A DNA stretch of 64,000 nucleotides from the NCBI RefSeq assembly GCF_003790525.1, contig NZ_CP033635.1, one strand, 5' to 3'. Shown in pieces: positions 35,962-48,047 of this stretch; position 1 is the stretch's first letter, and every line of letters starts with the position of its first letter. The stretch comes from Escherichia coli (GTDB lineage Bacteria; Pseudomonadota; Gammaproteobacteria; Enterobacterales; Enterobacteriaceae). Both the position numbers and the translations under genes were made by a program. The notes under the pieces are model-generated. The model ran no database searches, had not been told where the DNA came from, and saw only the letters and a program-made list of their open reading frames with translations.

Positions 35962-35986
35962 GATTTAGCAAAACGTGGCATCGGTC
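35962..35986. promoter_or_regulatory. marbox (MarA/SoxS/Rob site) in marO
   Basis: GATTTAGCAAAACGTGGCATCGGTC upstream of the -35 hexamer TTGACT (35998-36003). Confidence 0.6.
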
Positions 35987-36008
35987 AATTCATTCATTTG
36001 ACTTATAC

Positions 36009-36055
36009 TTGCCTGGGCAATATTATCCCCTGCAACTAATTACTTGCCAGGGCAA
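36009..36055 (+). promoter_or_regulatory. MarR operator sites I and II (TTGCC-N2-GGCAA palindromes)
   Basis: TTGCCTGGGCAA at 36009-36020 and TTGCCAGGGCAA at 36044-36055, flanking -10 region and overlapping the marR RBS. Confidence 0.75.
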
Positions 36056-36060
36056 CTAAT

Positions 36061-36495
36061 GTGAAAAGTACCAGCGATCTGTTCAATGAAATTATTCCAT
36101 TGGGTCGCTTAATCCATATGGTTAATCAGAAGAAAGATCGCCTGCTTAACGAGTATCTGTCTCCGCTGGATATTACCGCGGCACAGTTTAAGGTGCTCTG
36201 CTCTATCCGCTGCGCGGCGTGTATTACTCCGGTTGAACTGAAAAAGGTATTGTCGGTCGACCTGGGGGCGCTGACCCGTATGCTGGATCGCCTGGTCTGT
36301 AAAGGCTGGGTGGAAAGGTTGCCGAACCCGAATGACAAGCGCGGCGTACTGGTAAAACTTACCACCAGCGGCGCGGCAATATGTGAACAATGCCATCAAT
36401 TAGTTGGCCAGGACCTGCATCAAGAATTAACAAAAAACCTGACGGCGGACGAAGTGGCAACACTTGAGCATTTGCTTAAGAAAGTCCTGCCGTAA
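36061..36495 (+). CDS. marR: Multiple antibiotic resistance repressor
   Basis: 144-codon ORF starting at GTG; MarR winged-helix family. Confidence 0.9.
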
Positions 36496-36515
36496 ACAAA
36501 AAAAGAGGTATGACG

Positions 36516-36899
36516 ATGTCCAGACGCAATACTGACGCTATTACCATTCATAGCATTTTGGACTGGATCGAGGACAACCTGGAATCGCCACTGTCACTGG
36601 AGAAAGTGTCAGAGCGTTCGGGTTACTCCAAATGGCACCTGCAACGGATGTTTAAAAAAGAAACCGGTCATTCATTAGGCCAATACATCCGCAGCCGTAA
36701 GATGACGGAAATCGCGCAAAAGCTGAAGGAAAGTAACGAGCCGATACTCTATCTGGCAGAACGATATGGCTTCGAGTCGCAACAAACTCTGACCCGAACC
36801 TTCAAAAATTACTTTGATGTTCCGCCACATAAATACCGGATGACCAATATGCAGGGCGAATCGCGCTTTTTACATCCATTAAATCATTACAACAGCTAG
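36516..36899 (+). CDS. marA: AraC/XylS-family activator MarA
   Basis: 127 aa from second ATG ([21 protein letters not shown]...); an in-frame ATG two codons upstream (36510) is an alternative start. Confidence 0.9.
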
Positions 36900-36930
36900 T
36901 TGATAACGTGACAACGTCACTGAGGCAATC

Positions 36931-37149
36931 ATGAAACCACTTTTATCCGCAATTGCAGCTGCGCTTATTCTCTTTTCCACGCAGGGCATTGCGGAACAAA
37001 CCACGCAGCCGGTTGTTACTTCCTGTGCCAATGTCGTGGTTGTTCCCCCATCGCAGGAACAACCACCGTTTGATTTAAATCACATGGGTACTGGCAGTGA
37101 TAAGTCGGATGCGCTCGGCGTGCCCTATTATAATCAACACGCTATGTAG
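36931..37149 (+). CDS. marB: MarB periplasmic protein
   Basis: 72-aa ORF with signal peptide, last gene of marRAB. Confidence 0.85.
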   Translation: MKPLLSAIAAALILFSTQGIAEQTTQPVVTSCANVVVVPPSQEQPPFDLNHMGTGSDKSDALGVPYYNQHAM

Positions 37150-37205
37150 TTATTGTCAGGCTCTGATCACAGAGCCTGACATCTCCGTAATATCTTTTTG
37201 AAGTC

Positions 37206-40346
<3,141 letters not shown>

Positions 40347-40398
40347 TTATCCTTAAGAGTGTAATAATTTCCTCCAGCTATCGCACTGGAGGAAAAAA

Positions 40399-40716
40399 TC
40401 AGGCATGGAGCTCTTTTCTTAATGAAATGATTTCCCTGGCTAAATCCTGGCATAATATTGCATTCATCAAATGATCCTGTGCATGTACCAGAATGAGATT
40501 AACTTTTATTTTGCCACAGCCTTCATCCTGACTAATTAACGCGGTCTGAATCTTATGCGCCTGAAGACAGGCGGATTCAGAACTGGCCATTAGCTGAGTT
40601 GCGCCCTGCCAGTCTTTTTGCCCGGCACAACGTATGGCTTCCATCGCATCAGAACGGGCCTGTCCTGCGTTGACCAGTAACTCCATAACAAGTTCTTCAT
40701 CTGCAAACATCAACAT
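40399..40716 (-). CDS. PTS lactose/cellobiose-family EIIA component
   Basis: 105-aa ORF with conserved His motif (LVHAQDHLM) typical of ChbA-type EIIA. Confidence 0.8.
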   Translation of the reverse strand: MLMFADEELVMELLVNAGQARSDAMEAIRCAGQKDWQGATQLMASSESACLQAHKIQTALISQDEGCGKIKVNLILVHAQDHLMNAILCQDLAREIISLRKELHA

Positions 40717-40737
40717 CTCCTTCCTGTGTAAATGGCA

Positions 40738-42060
40738 TTATCCGTTAGTTGTTAAGTTATTGACCTTGTTGGCGGCAATAACAAAAGGTAAATAGATCAT
40801 TGTCGCCACACCTAAACATAAAAAACCCACCAGTAACGCCAGCCAGTTTCCCCCGGTTCCGAGGAAAGCAATTAAAGGTCCGGGCGTAGTCCAGGGCACG
40901 GCATAAGCAACCGGTGGAATAATTTCCATCGAAACAAAGAAGTAACCAATGGCACAGTTAACAATAGGAACCATAATAAACGGCACCATCATGATGGGGT
41001 TAAGTACAATAGGAAGGCCGAACATTATCGGTTCATTGATATTGAAAATACCGGGGATAAATGACATTTTTGCCAGATCACGGTATTCCGCACGCTTAGA
41101 AGCGATAAAAATAGCCAACAATAACCCCAACGTCATACCTGAACCGCCGCAGTTGGCGAATGCATCATTAATAGAAGTCCAGGTAATCGGATATGGCGCG
41201 CCCCAGGTAGTGCCGTGTTGAGCGGCCCAGGAGAGATTCTCCAGATTAGCCTCAGAAAAAACAGTTTCTCGAATTGCCGAGGTGGTATTAGGTCCGTGGA
41301 TCCCCAGCACCCACAGGAAATTACCCACAGCCCCCAGGATAATTACCGCAAAGATATTCGTTCCCATATGTTTGAGCGGCGTCTGGATTAATGTGTAAAT
41401 GAGGTCGTTTAATCCTGCCGGGGATATCAGTGTCAGGCAATAATTAAGTGCGGAAAAGAACACCATGACAAAAAATATTGGCAATAAAACTTTAAATGAA
41501 CGCGCTACCGCAGGAGGTACAGCTGCCGGCATCGTGATGGTGATTTTGGGGTTTCGAGCTAAGCGACAAAATATTTCACTGGTGATCAGTGCAACGATAA
41601 CAGCAACAAATAACCCCTGCGCGCCGAGATATTTGGTCGTCAGGAATGCTTGCCCATCTATCATCTGATATGGCGTATATACAATAAAAAATGCTCCTAT
41701 TGCCGTTAATCCGCATAAAAGATCATCTTGCTCATAGCTAATCGCCATATTCCTGGCGACCAGGAAAGCAATCATAATTGACATGATATTTACAGAACCA
41801 TTCATTACCGGAGTAAAAATAGCTTGTGCTTTTTCAAGGTTGGGGAAAACGCTGTTCAGATGCAGCAGCCCGGCAATAAAGCCGTCGGGCGATAATATGG
41901 CAAAGTTAATTAATATAATTAATGAGCTTGCCATGATAATTGGAAACGTAAAAACGAATCCATCTCTCACCGCTGCAACATGTTTTTGTGAGTTTAACTT
42001 GATAGCAACTGGAACAAGAAAACGTTCCATTCCACGTTCGAATGAGGCCATTAATCCCAT
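40738..42060 (-). CDS. PTS lactose/cellobiose-family EIIC permease
   Basis: 440-aa polytopic membrane ORF, ChbC/CelB-like. Confidence 0.8.
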   Translation of the reverse strand: MGLMASFERGMERFLVPVAIKLNSQKHVAAVRDGFVFTFPIIMASSLIILINFAILSPDGFIAGLLHLNSVFPNLEKAQAIFTPVMNGSVNIMSIMIAFLVARNMAISYEQDDLLCGLTAIGAFFIVYTPYQMIDGQAFLTTKYLGAQGLFVAVIVALITSEIFCRLARNPKITITMPAAVPPAVARSFKVLLPIFFVMVFFSALNYCLTLISPAGLNDLIYTLIQTPLKHMGTNIFAVIILGAVGNFLWVLGIHGPNTTSAIRETVFSEANLENLSWAAQHGTTWGAPYPITWTSINDAFANCGGSGMTLGLLLAIFIASKRAEYRDLAKMSFIPGIFNINEPIMFGLPIVLNPIMMVPFIMVPIVNCAIGYFFVSMEIIPPVAYAVPWTTPGPLIAFLGTGGNWLALLVGFLCLGVATMIYLPFVIAANKVNNLTTNG

Positions 42061-42173
42061 TTTTTATACCTGTTGTTTTGGATATTTATACATCCCAATA
42101 AAGCATGTATGCCATATCCATTTTATGATGTGTGAAAAGTTAGTTCAGGTAATAGTTTAATAAAATTAGATTC

Positions 42174-42485
42174 TTACTGTTGCAGTAGTTTCATCGCAAA
42201 TTCAAGAACTGCCTGTCCGTTCATGGTGCCATAGTCTTTCATCTCGATAACAGCTACAGGCATTTTCCCCTGTGCAACAGCTTCAATCTCTGGTTTCTGA
42301 AAGCGAACTTGCGGGCCAAGTAAAACAACGTCAACTTCGTTATTTTTAATTTTCCCTTTAGCCTCTGCAATCGCCAATGCGGAAATATTAACTTCAAGTG
42401 AAATAGCGTTAGCATGATCAATCATACGTTTAACCAGCATACTGGTTGACATGCCCGCAGCGCAAACTAACAATATCTTTTTCAT
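42174..42485 (-). CDS. PTS lactose/cellobiose-family EIIB component
   Basis: 103-aa ORF with N-terminal active-site Cys motif (LLVCAAGMSTS). Confidence 0.8.
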   Translation of the reverse strand: MKKILLVCAAGMSTSMLVKRMIDHANAISLEVNISALAIAEAKGKIKNNEVDVVLLGPQVRFQKPEIEAVAQGKMPVAVIEMKDYGTMNGQAVLEFAMKLLQQ

Positions 42486-42683
42486 ATTTTCCCTTACTGG
42501 TATATAACAGATTACATTGTGTAAATATCATATCCCGCAGTAGCTATACGTCCTGGTACATTGATCACAGTAATACAGCACTAAAGTTGTTCAACATCAG
42601 GGTGATAATTAAACGACTCGGCCATAGGATAAACCAATCAGGACTCAACTCCTTGTTTTCAATGGCTCTTAAAAGGTGCAAAA

Positions 42684-43382
42684 GTGATTTTTCAAAAGAT
42701 TGCCCGCTTACTTAAATCCGAGATCAATGGCTATTCATGGCATGTTGGTGATTTGTTGCCGTCAGAAGCTGAACTCGCTGTTCGTTATAATGTTTCGCGT
42801 AATACCCTGCGTAAGGCATTATCCTTGCTGGAAGGCGAAGGAATTATTCATAGAAAGCATGGTTCAGGAACATACATTCAAAAAAAGAATTTTGTTGCAC
42901 ACATTGATCACATGAACAGTTTCAGTGAAATTGCGCATAAAAGCGGCAAAGAGGCAGGGAGTCAGATTATGAAATTTGAAGTGCAGGATGCTTCTCCCCC
43001 TATTGCGACTGAGCTGAATTTAGTGACTGGTGAGCAGGTTTATTACATAAAGAGACTGCGATTCATTGAGGATAATGCAGCACAATTAGAAGAAACGTGG
43101 ATGTCAGTGGCACGTTTTCCTGATTTAACCGTAGCACATATGCAAAAATCCAAATTTTCGTATATTGAGAACGAATGCGGGATCAAAATCATTGGCACCT
43201 TTGAAACTTTCTCCCCGACTTTTCCTACCCCAGAAATCGCCAGTATTTTACGGATCAGCCCACGGGATCCCATACTTAAAATTCAGACCCAGGCTGTGGA
43301 CAGTAACTCTATTCCGCTGGATTATTCGTTACTTTACAGCAATATTTTCGAGTTCCAGGTAAAGTACTTTTTCCCGCGATAA
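42684..43382 (+). CDS. GntR/HutC-family transcriptional regulator (UTRA effector domain)
   Basis: 232-codon ORF from GTG with N-terminal GntR HTH (ELAVRYNVSRNTLRKAL); divergent from the PTS genes. Confidence 0.75.
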   Translation: MIFQKIARLLKSEINGYSWHVGDLLPSEAELAVRYNVSRNTLRKALSLLEGEGIIHRKHGSGTYIQKKNFVAHIDHMNSFSEIAHKSGKEAGSQIMKFEVQDASPPIATELNLVTGEQVYYIKRLRFIEDNAAQLEETWMSVARFPDLTVAHMQKSKFSYIENECGIKIIGTFETFSPTFPTPEIASILRISPRDPILKIQTQAVDSNSIPLDYSLLYSNIFEFQVKYFFPR

Positions 43383-43426
43383 AAGCAGACGCACAGAGTG
43401 CTGGCATCACATTCTGTGCGTATGGT

Positions 43427-44326
43427 TTAGCCTCTAACCTTTACCGCTTTACGCCACCGCAAGCCAAATACATTGATATACAGCCCGGTCATAATGAGCA
43501 CCGCACCGAAAAATTGCAGGCCCGTTAAGCGTTCATCCAGCAATAGTGCCGCACTTGCCAGTCCAACTACAGGCACCAGTAACGATAACGGTGCAACCCG
43601 CCAGGTTTCATAGCGTCCCAGTAACGTCCCCCAGATCCCATAACCAACAATTGTCGCCACAAACGCCAGATACATCAGAGACAAGATGGTGGTCATATCG
43701 ATAGTAACCAGACTGTGAATCATGGTTGCGGAACCATCGAGAATCAGCGAGGCAACAAAGAAGGGAATGATTGGGATTAATGCGCTCCAGATTACCAGCG
43801 ACATCACCGCCGGACGCGTTGCGTGCGACATGATCTTTTTATTGAAGATGTTGCCACACGCCCAACTAAATGCTGCCGCCAGGGTCAACATAAAGCCGAG
43901 CATCGCCACATGCTGACCGTTCAGACTATCTTCGATTAACACCAGTACGCCAAAAATCGCTAAGGCGATCCCCGCCAATTGTTTGCCATGCAGTCGCTCC
44001 CCGAAAGTAAACGCGCCAAGCACGATAGTAAAAAACGCCTGTGCCTGTAACACCAGCGAAGCCAGTCCAGCAGGCATACCAAAGTTAATGGCGCAGAACA
44101 GAAAGGCAAACTGCGCAAAACTGATGGTTAATCCATACCCCAGCAGCAAATTCAGTGGTACTTTCGGTCGTGCGACAAAAAAGATAGCCGGAAAAGCAAC
44201 CAGCATAAAGCGCAAACCGGCCAACATCAGCGGTGGCATGTTATGAAGCCCCACTTTGATGACCACAAAATTTAGCCCCCATACGACCACTACCAGTAGC
44301 GCCAACACCCCATCTTTTCGCGACAT
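43427..44326 (-). CDS. eamA: Cysteine/O-acetylserine exporter (DMT family)
   Basis: 299 aa from internal ATG (MSRKDGVLALLVVVVWGLNF...); 10 TM DMT transporter. Confidence 0.85.
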   Translation of the reverse strand: MSRKDGVLALLVVVVWGLNFVVIKVGLHNMPPLMLAGLRFMLVAFPAIFFVARPKVPLNLLLGYGLTISFAQFAFLFCAINFGMPAGLASLVLQAQAFFTIVLGAFTFGERLHGKQLAGIALAIFGVLVLIEDSLNGQHVAMLGFMLTLAAAFSWACGNIFNKKIMSHATRPAVMSLVIWSALIPIIPFFVASLILDGSATMIHSLVTIDMTTILSLMYLAFVATIVGYGIWGTLLGRYETWRVAPLSLLVPVVGLASAALLLDERLTGLQFFGAVLIMTGLYINVFGLRWRKAVKVRG

Positions 44327-44520
44327 TCTACCGCCTCTGAATTTCATCTTTTGTAAGCAATCAACTTAGCTGAATTTACTTTTCTTTAACAGTTGATTCG
44401 TTAGTCGCCGATTACGACGGCATTAATGCGCAAATAAGTCGCTATACTTCGGATTTTTGCCATGCTATTCCTTTACATCTCTAAAACAAAACATAACGAA
44501 ACGCACTGCCGGACAGACAA

Positions 44521-45708
44521 ATGAACTTATCCCTACGACGCTCTACCAGCGCCCTTCTTGCCTCGTCGTTGTTATTAACCATCGGACGCGGCGCTACGCT
44601 GCCGTTTATGACCATTTACTTGAGTCGCCAGTACAGCCTGAGTGTCGATCTAATCGGTTATGCGATGACAATTGCGCTCACTATTGGCGTCGTTTTTAGC
44701 CTCGGTTTTGGTATCCTGGCGGATAAGTTCGACAAGAAACGCTATATGTTACTGGCAATTACCGCCTTCGCCAGCGGTTTTATTGCCATTCCTTTAGTGA
44801 ATAACGTGACGCTGGTGGTGCTCTTTTTTGCCCTTATTAACTGCGCCTATTCCGTTTTTGCTACCGTGTTGAAAGCCTGGTTTGCCGACAATCTTTCGTC
44901 CACCAGCAAAACGAAAATCTTCTCAATCAACTACACCATGCTCAACATTGGCTGGACCATCGGTCCGCCGCTCGGCACGTTGTTGGTGATGCAGAGCATC
45001 AATCTGCCCTTTTGGCTGGCAGCTATCTGTTCCGCGTTTCCCATGCTTTTCATTCAAATTTGGGTAAAGCGCAGCGAGAAAATCATCGCCACGGAAACAG
45101 GCAGAGCCTGGTCGCCGAAAGTTTTATTACAAGATAAAGCACTGTTGTGGTTTACCTGCTCTGGTTTTCTGGCTTCCTTTGTTAGCGGCGCATTTGCCTC
45201 GTGCATTTCACAATATGTGATGGTGATTGCTGATGGGGATTTTGCCGAAAAGGTGGTCGCGGTTGTTCTTCCGGTGAATGCTGCCATGGTAGTTACGTTG
45301 CAATATTCCGTGGGCCGCCGCCTTAACCCGGCTAACATCCGCGCGCTGATGACAGCAGGCACCCTCTGTTTCGTCATCGGGCTGGTCGGTTTTATTTTTT
45401 CCGGCAACAGCCTGCTAATGTGGGGTATGTCAGCTGCGGTATTTACTGTCGGTGAAATCATTTATGCGCCGGGCGAGTATATGTTGATTGACCATATTGC
45501 GCCGCCAGGAATGAAAGCCAGCTATTTTTCCGCCCAGTCTTTAGGCTGGCTTGGTGCTGCGATTAACCCATTAGTGAGTGGCATAGTACTTACCAGTCTG
45601 CCGCCTTTCTCGCTGTTTATCATCTTAGCGTTGGTGATCGTTGCTGCGTGGGTGCTGATGTTAAAAGGAATTCGTGCAAGACCGTGGGGGCAGCCCGCGC
45701 TTTGTTGA
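44521..45708 (+). CDS. ydeE: MFS transporter
   Basis: 395-aa ORF with 12 predicted TM segments. Confidence 0.85.
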   Translation: MNLSLRRSTSALLASSLLLTIGRGATLPFMTIYLSRQYSLSVDLIGYAMTIALTIGVVFSLGFGILADKFDKKRYMLLAITAFASGFIAIPLVNNVTLVVLFFALINCAYSVFATVLKAWFADNLSSTSKTKIFSINYTMLNIGWTIGPPLGTLLVMQSINLPFWLAAICSAFPMLFIQIWVKRSEKIIATETGRAWSPKVLLQDKALLWFTCSGFLASFVSGAFASCISQYVMVIADGDFAEKVVAVVLPVNAAMVVTLQYSVGRRLNPANIRALMTAGTLCFVIGLVGFIFSGNSLLMWGMSAAVFTVGEIIYAPGEYMLIDHIAPPGMKASYFSAQSLGWLGAAINPLVSGIVLTSLPPFSLFIILALVIVAAWVLMLKGIRARPWGQPALC

Positions 45709-45834
45709 TTTAAGTCGAACACAATAAAAATTTAATTCAGCCTTCGTTTAGGTTACCTCTGCTAATATCTTTCTCATTGAGATGAAAATTAAGGTAAGCG
45801 AGGAAACACACCACACCATAAACGGAGGCAAATA

Positions 45835-45930
45835 ATGCTGGGTAATATGAATGTTTTTATGGCCGTACTGGGAATAATTTTATTTTCTGGTTTTCTGGCC
45901 GCGTATTTCAGCCACAAATGGGATGACTAA
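45835..45930 (+). CDS. mgtS: 31-aa small membrane protein MgtS (YneM)
   Basis: ATG at 45835 preceded by GGAGG; translates to MLGNMNVFMAVLGIILFSGFLAAYFSHKWDD; below the ORF-track size cutoff. Confidence 0.8.
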   Translation: MLGNMNVFMAVLGIILFSGFLAAYFSHKWDD

Positions 45931-45956
45931 TGAACGGAGATAATCCCTCACCTAAC

Positions 45957-45997
45957 CGGCCCCTTGTTACAACTGTGTACAAGGGGCCTGATTTTTA
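45957..45997 (+). terminator. Rho-independent terminator after mgtS
   Basis: GGCCCCTTGT...ACAAGGGGCC stem followed by TGATTTTTAT. Confidence 0.7.
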
Positions 45998-46003
45998 TGA
46001 CGG

Positions 46004-46101
46004 CGAAAAAAAACCGCCAGTAAACCGGCGGTGAATGCTTGCATGGATAGATTTGTGTTTTGCTTTTACGCTAACAGGCATTTTCCTGCACTGATAACGG
46101 A
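46004..46101 (-). ncRNA. mgrR: PhoP-dependent small RNA MgrR (approximate ends)
   Basis: Minus-strand terminator CCGCCGGTTTACTGGCGG plus U8 ending near 46004; PhoP-box-like direct repeat upstream; expected position between mgtS and dgcZ; 5' end inferred from box spacing. Confidence 0.5.
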
Positions 46102-46136
46102 TCGTTGACACAGTAGCATCAGTTTTCTCAATGAAT

Positions 46137-46154
46137 GTTAAACGGAGCTTAAAC
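46137..46154 (-). promoter_or_regulatory. PhoP box (GTTTAA-N5-GTTTAA direct repeat) for mgrR
   Basis: Minus strand reads GTTTAAGCTCCGTTTAAC, matching (T/G)GTTTA-N5-(T/G)GTTTA. Confidence 0.55.
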
Positions 46155-47039
46155 TCGGTGAATCACGTTTTGTTCGTCAATAAACATACAGCGATTTCTT
46201 CCGGTTTGCTTACCCTCATACATTGCCCGGTCCGCTCTTCCAATGACCACATCCAGAGGCTCTTCAGGAAATGCGCGACTCACACCTGCTGTCACGGTAA
46301 TGTTGATATGCCCTTCAGAATGTGTGATGGCATGGTTATCGACTAACTGGCAAATTCTGATACCTGCACGACATGCTTCTTCATCATTATCCGCTTTGAC
46401 AATAATGATAAATTCTTCGCCCCCGTAGCGATAAACCGTTTCGTAATCACGCGTCCAACTGGCTAAGTAAGTTGCCAGGGTGCGTAATACTACATCGCCG
46501 ATTAAATGCCCGTAGGTATCATTAACCAATTTAAATCGGTCAATATCCAACAACATTAAATAAAGATTCAGAGGCTCAGCGTTGCGTAACTGATGATCGA
46601 AGGATTCATCAAGAACCCGACGACCCGGCAATCCCGTCAAAACATCCATATTGCTACGGATCGTCAGTAAATAAATTTTGTAATCGGTTAATGCCGCAGT
46701 AAAAGAAAGCAACCCTTCCTGAAAAGCGTCGAAATGCGCGTCCTGCCAGTGATTTTCAACAATAGCCAACATTAATTCCCGACCACAGTTATGCATATGT
46801 TGATGGGCAGAATCCATTAGCCGAACGTAAGGTAATTCATCGTTATCGAGTGGCCCCAGATGATCAATCCACCGACCAAACTGGCACAGTCCATAAGAAT
46901 GGTTATCCGTTATTTCTGGCTTACTGGCATCTATCGCGACCACGCTGTGAAACATACTTACCAGCCACTGGTAGTGGGCATCGATAGCCTTATTGAGATT
47001 TAACAAGATGGCATCAATTTCCGTTGTCTTCTTGATCAT
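46149..47039 (-). CDS. dgcZ: Zinc-regulated diguanylate cyclase (CZB plus GGDEF)
   Basis: 296 aa from internal ATG (MIKKTTEIDAILLNL...); GGDEF motif RYGGEEF. Confidence 0.85.
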   Translation of the reverse strand: MIKKTTEIDAILLNLNKAIDAHYQWLVSMFHSVVAIDASKPEITDNHSYGLCQFGRWIDHLGPLDNDELPYVRLMDSAHQHMHNCGRELMLAIVENHWQDAHFDAFQEGLLSFTAALTDYKIYLLTIRSNMDVLTGLPGRRVLDESFDHQLRNAEPLNLYLMLLDIDRFKLVNDTYGHLIGDVVLRTLATYLASWTRDYETVYRYGGEEFIIIVKADNDEEACRAGIRICQLVDNHAITHSEGHINITVTAGVSRAFPEEPLDVVIGRADRAMYEGKQTGRNRCMFIDEQNVIHRV

Positions 47040-47293
47040 TGCCACTCCTTTTTCACAGTTCCTTGTGCGCGCTATTCTAACGGGAGAAAAGCAAAATTAC
47101 GTCAATATTTTCATAGAAATCCGAAGTTATGAGTCATCTCTGAGATAACATTGTGATTTGAAACAAAATCAGCAGATAAAAAAGTGTTTAATTCTGTAAA
47201 TTAACTCTGCATTATCGCAATTAAAAGGATGACAAATAGCATAACCCAATACCCTAATGGCCCAGTAGTTCAGGCCATCAGGCTAATTTATTT

Positions 47294-47686
47294 TTATTTC
47301 TGCAAATGAGTGACCCGAACGACGGCCGGAGCGCTTTTCTTATCCAGACTTCCGCTAATGTTGATCATCTGGTCCGGCTGAACTTCTCGTCCATCAAAGA
47401 CTGCCGCAGGAATAACAACATTAATTTCACCGCTCTTATCGCGAAAAACGTAACGGTCTTCTCCTTTGTGAGAAATCAAATTACCGCGCAGTGAAACCGA
47501 AGCGCCATCATGCATGGTTTTTGCGAAATCAACGGTCATTTTTTTTGCATCATCGGTTCCGCGATAGCCATCTTCTATTGCATGAGGCGGCGGTGGCGCT
47601 GCATCCTGTTTTAATCCGCCCTGGTCATCTGCCAACGCATAAGGCATGACAAGAAAACTTGCTAATACAATGGCCTGAAATTTCAT
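47294..47686 (-). CDS. ydeI: Periplasmic OB-fold (YgiW/BOF family) stress protein
   Basis: 130-aa ORF with signal peptide. Confidence 0.8.
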
Positions 47687-47901
47687 ACTGACTCCTTAAT
47701 TGCGTTTGGTTTGACTTATTAAGTCTGGTTGCTATTTTTATAATTGCCAAATAAGAATACTGCCAATTGTTATAAGGCATTTAAAATCAGGCTACTAGAT
47801 GTCAAATATTCAGAGAATTTAACTCACTAAAGTTAAGAAGATTGAAGAGTCTTAAACATATTTCAGAACAATCAGATTTATAAATTTGAAAATTATTATA
47901 A

Positions 47902-48003
47902 CGGAAGAGTATACAAAAAAGTAATTTTGCTGGCGACTGCGAAACGGCATTCGCATTAGCGGTGAAGTTTGCCCTCGCCCAGCTGCTGCAATTACTGCTA
48001 TAA
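47902..48003 (+). pseudogene. ydeJ: Possible 3' remnant of ydeJ (CinA C-terminal-domain family)
   Basis: Short open frame ...AGDCETAFALAVKFALAQLLQLLL* ending convergent to dcp, where K-12 has a full ydeJ; preceded by an in-frame stop and AT-rich sequence. Confidence 0.35.
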
Positions 48004-48047
48004 CGAGGCTGGTCTGGCGATAAATCCAGGCCAGCCATTGGTGGTGT

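Noticed and set aside
47802-48038. 78-codon minus-strand ORF between ydeI and dcp
   Set aside because: AT-rich, no RBS, low-complexity translation, and it overlaps the putative ydeJ remnant on the opposite strand
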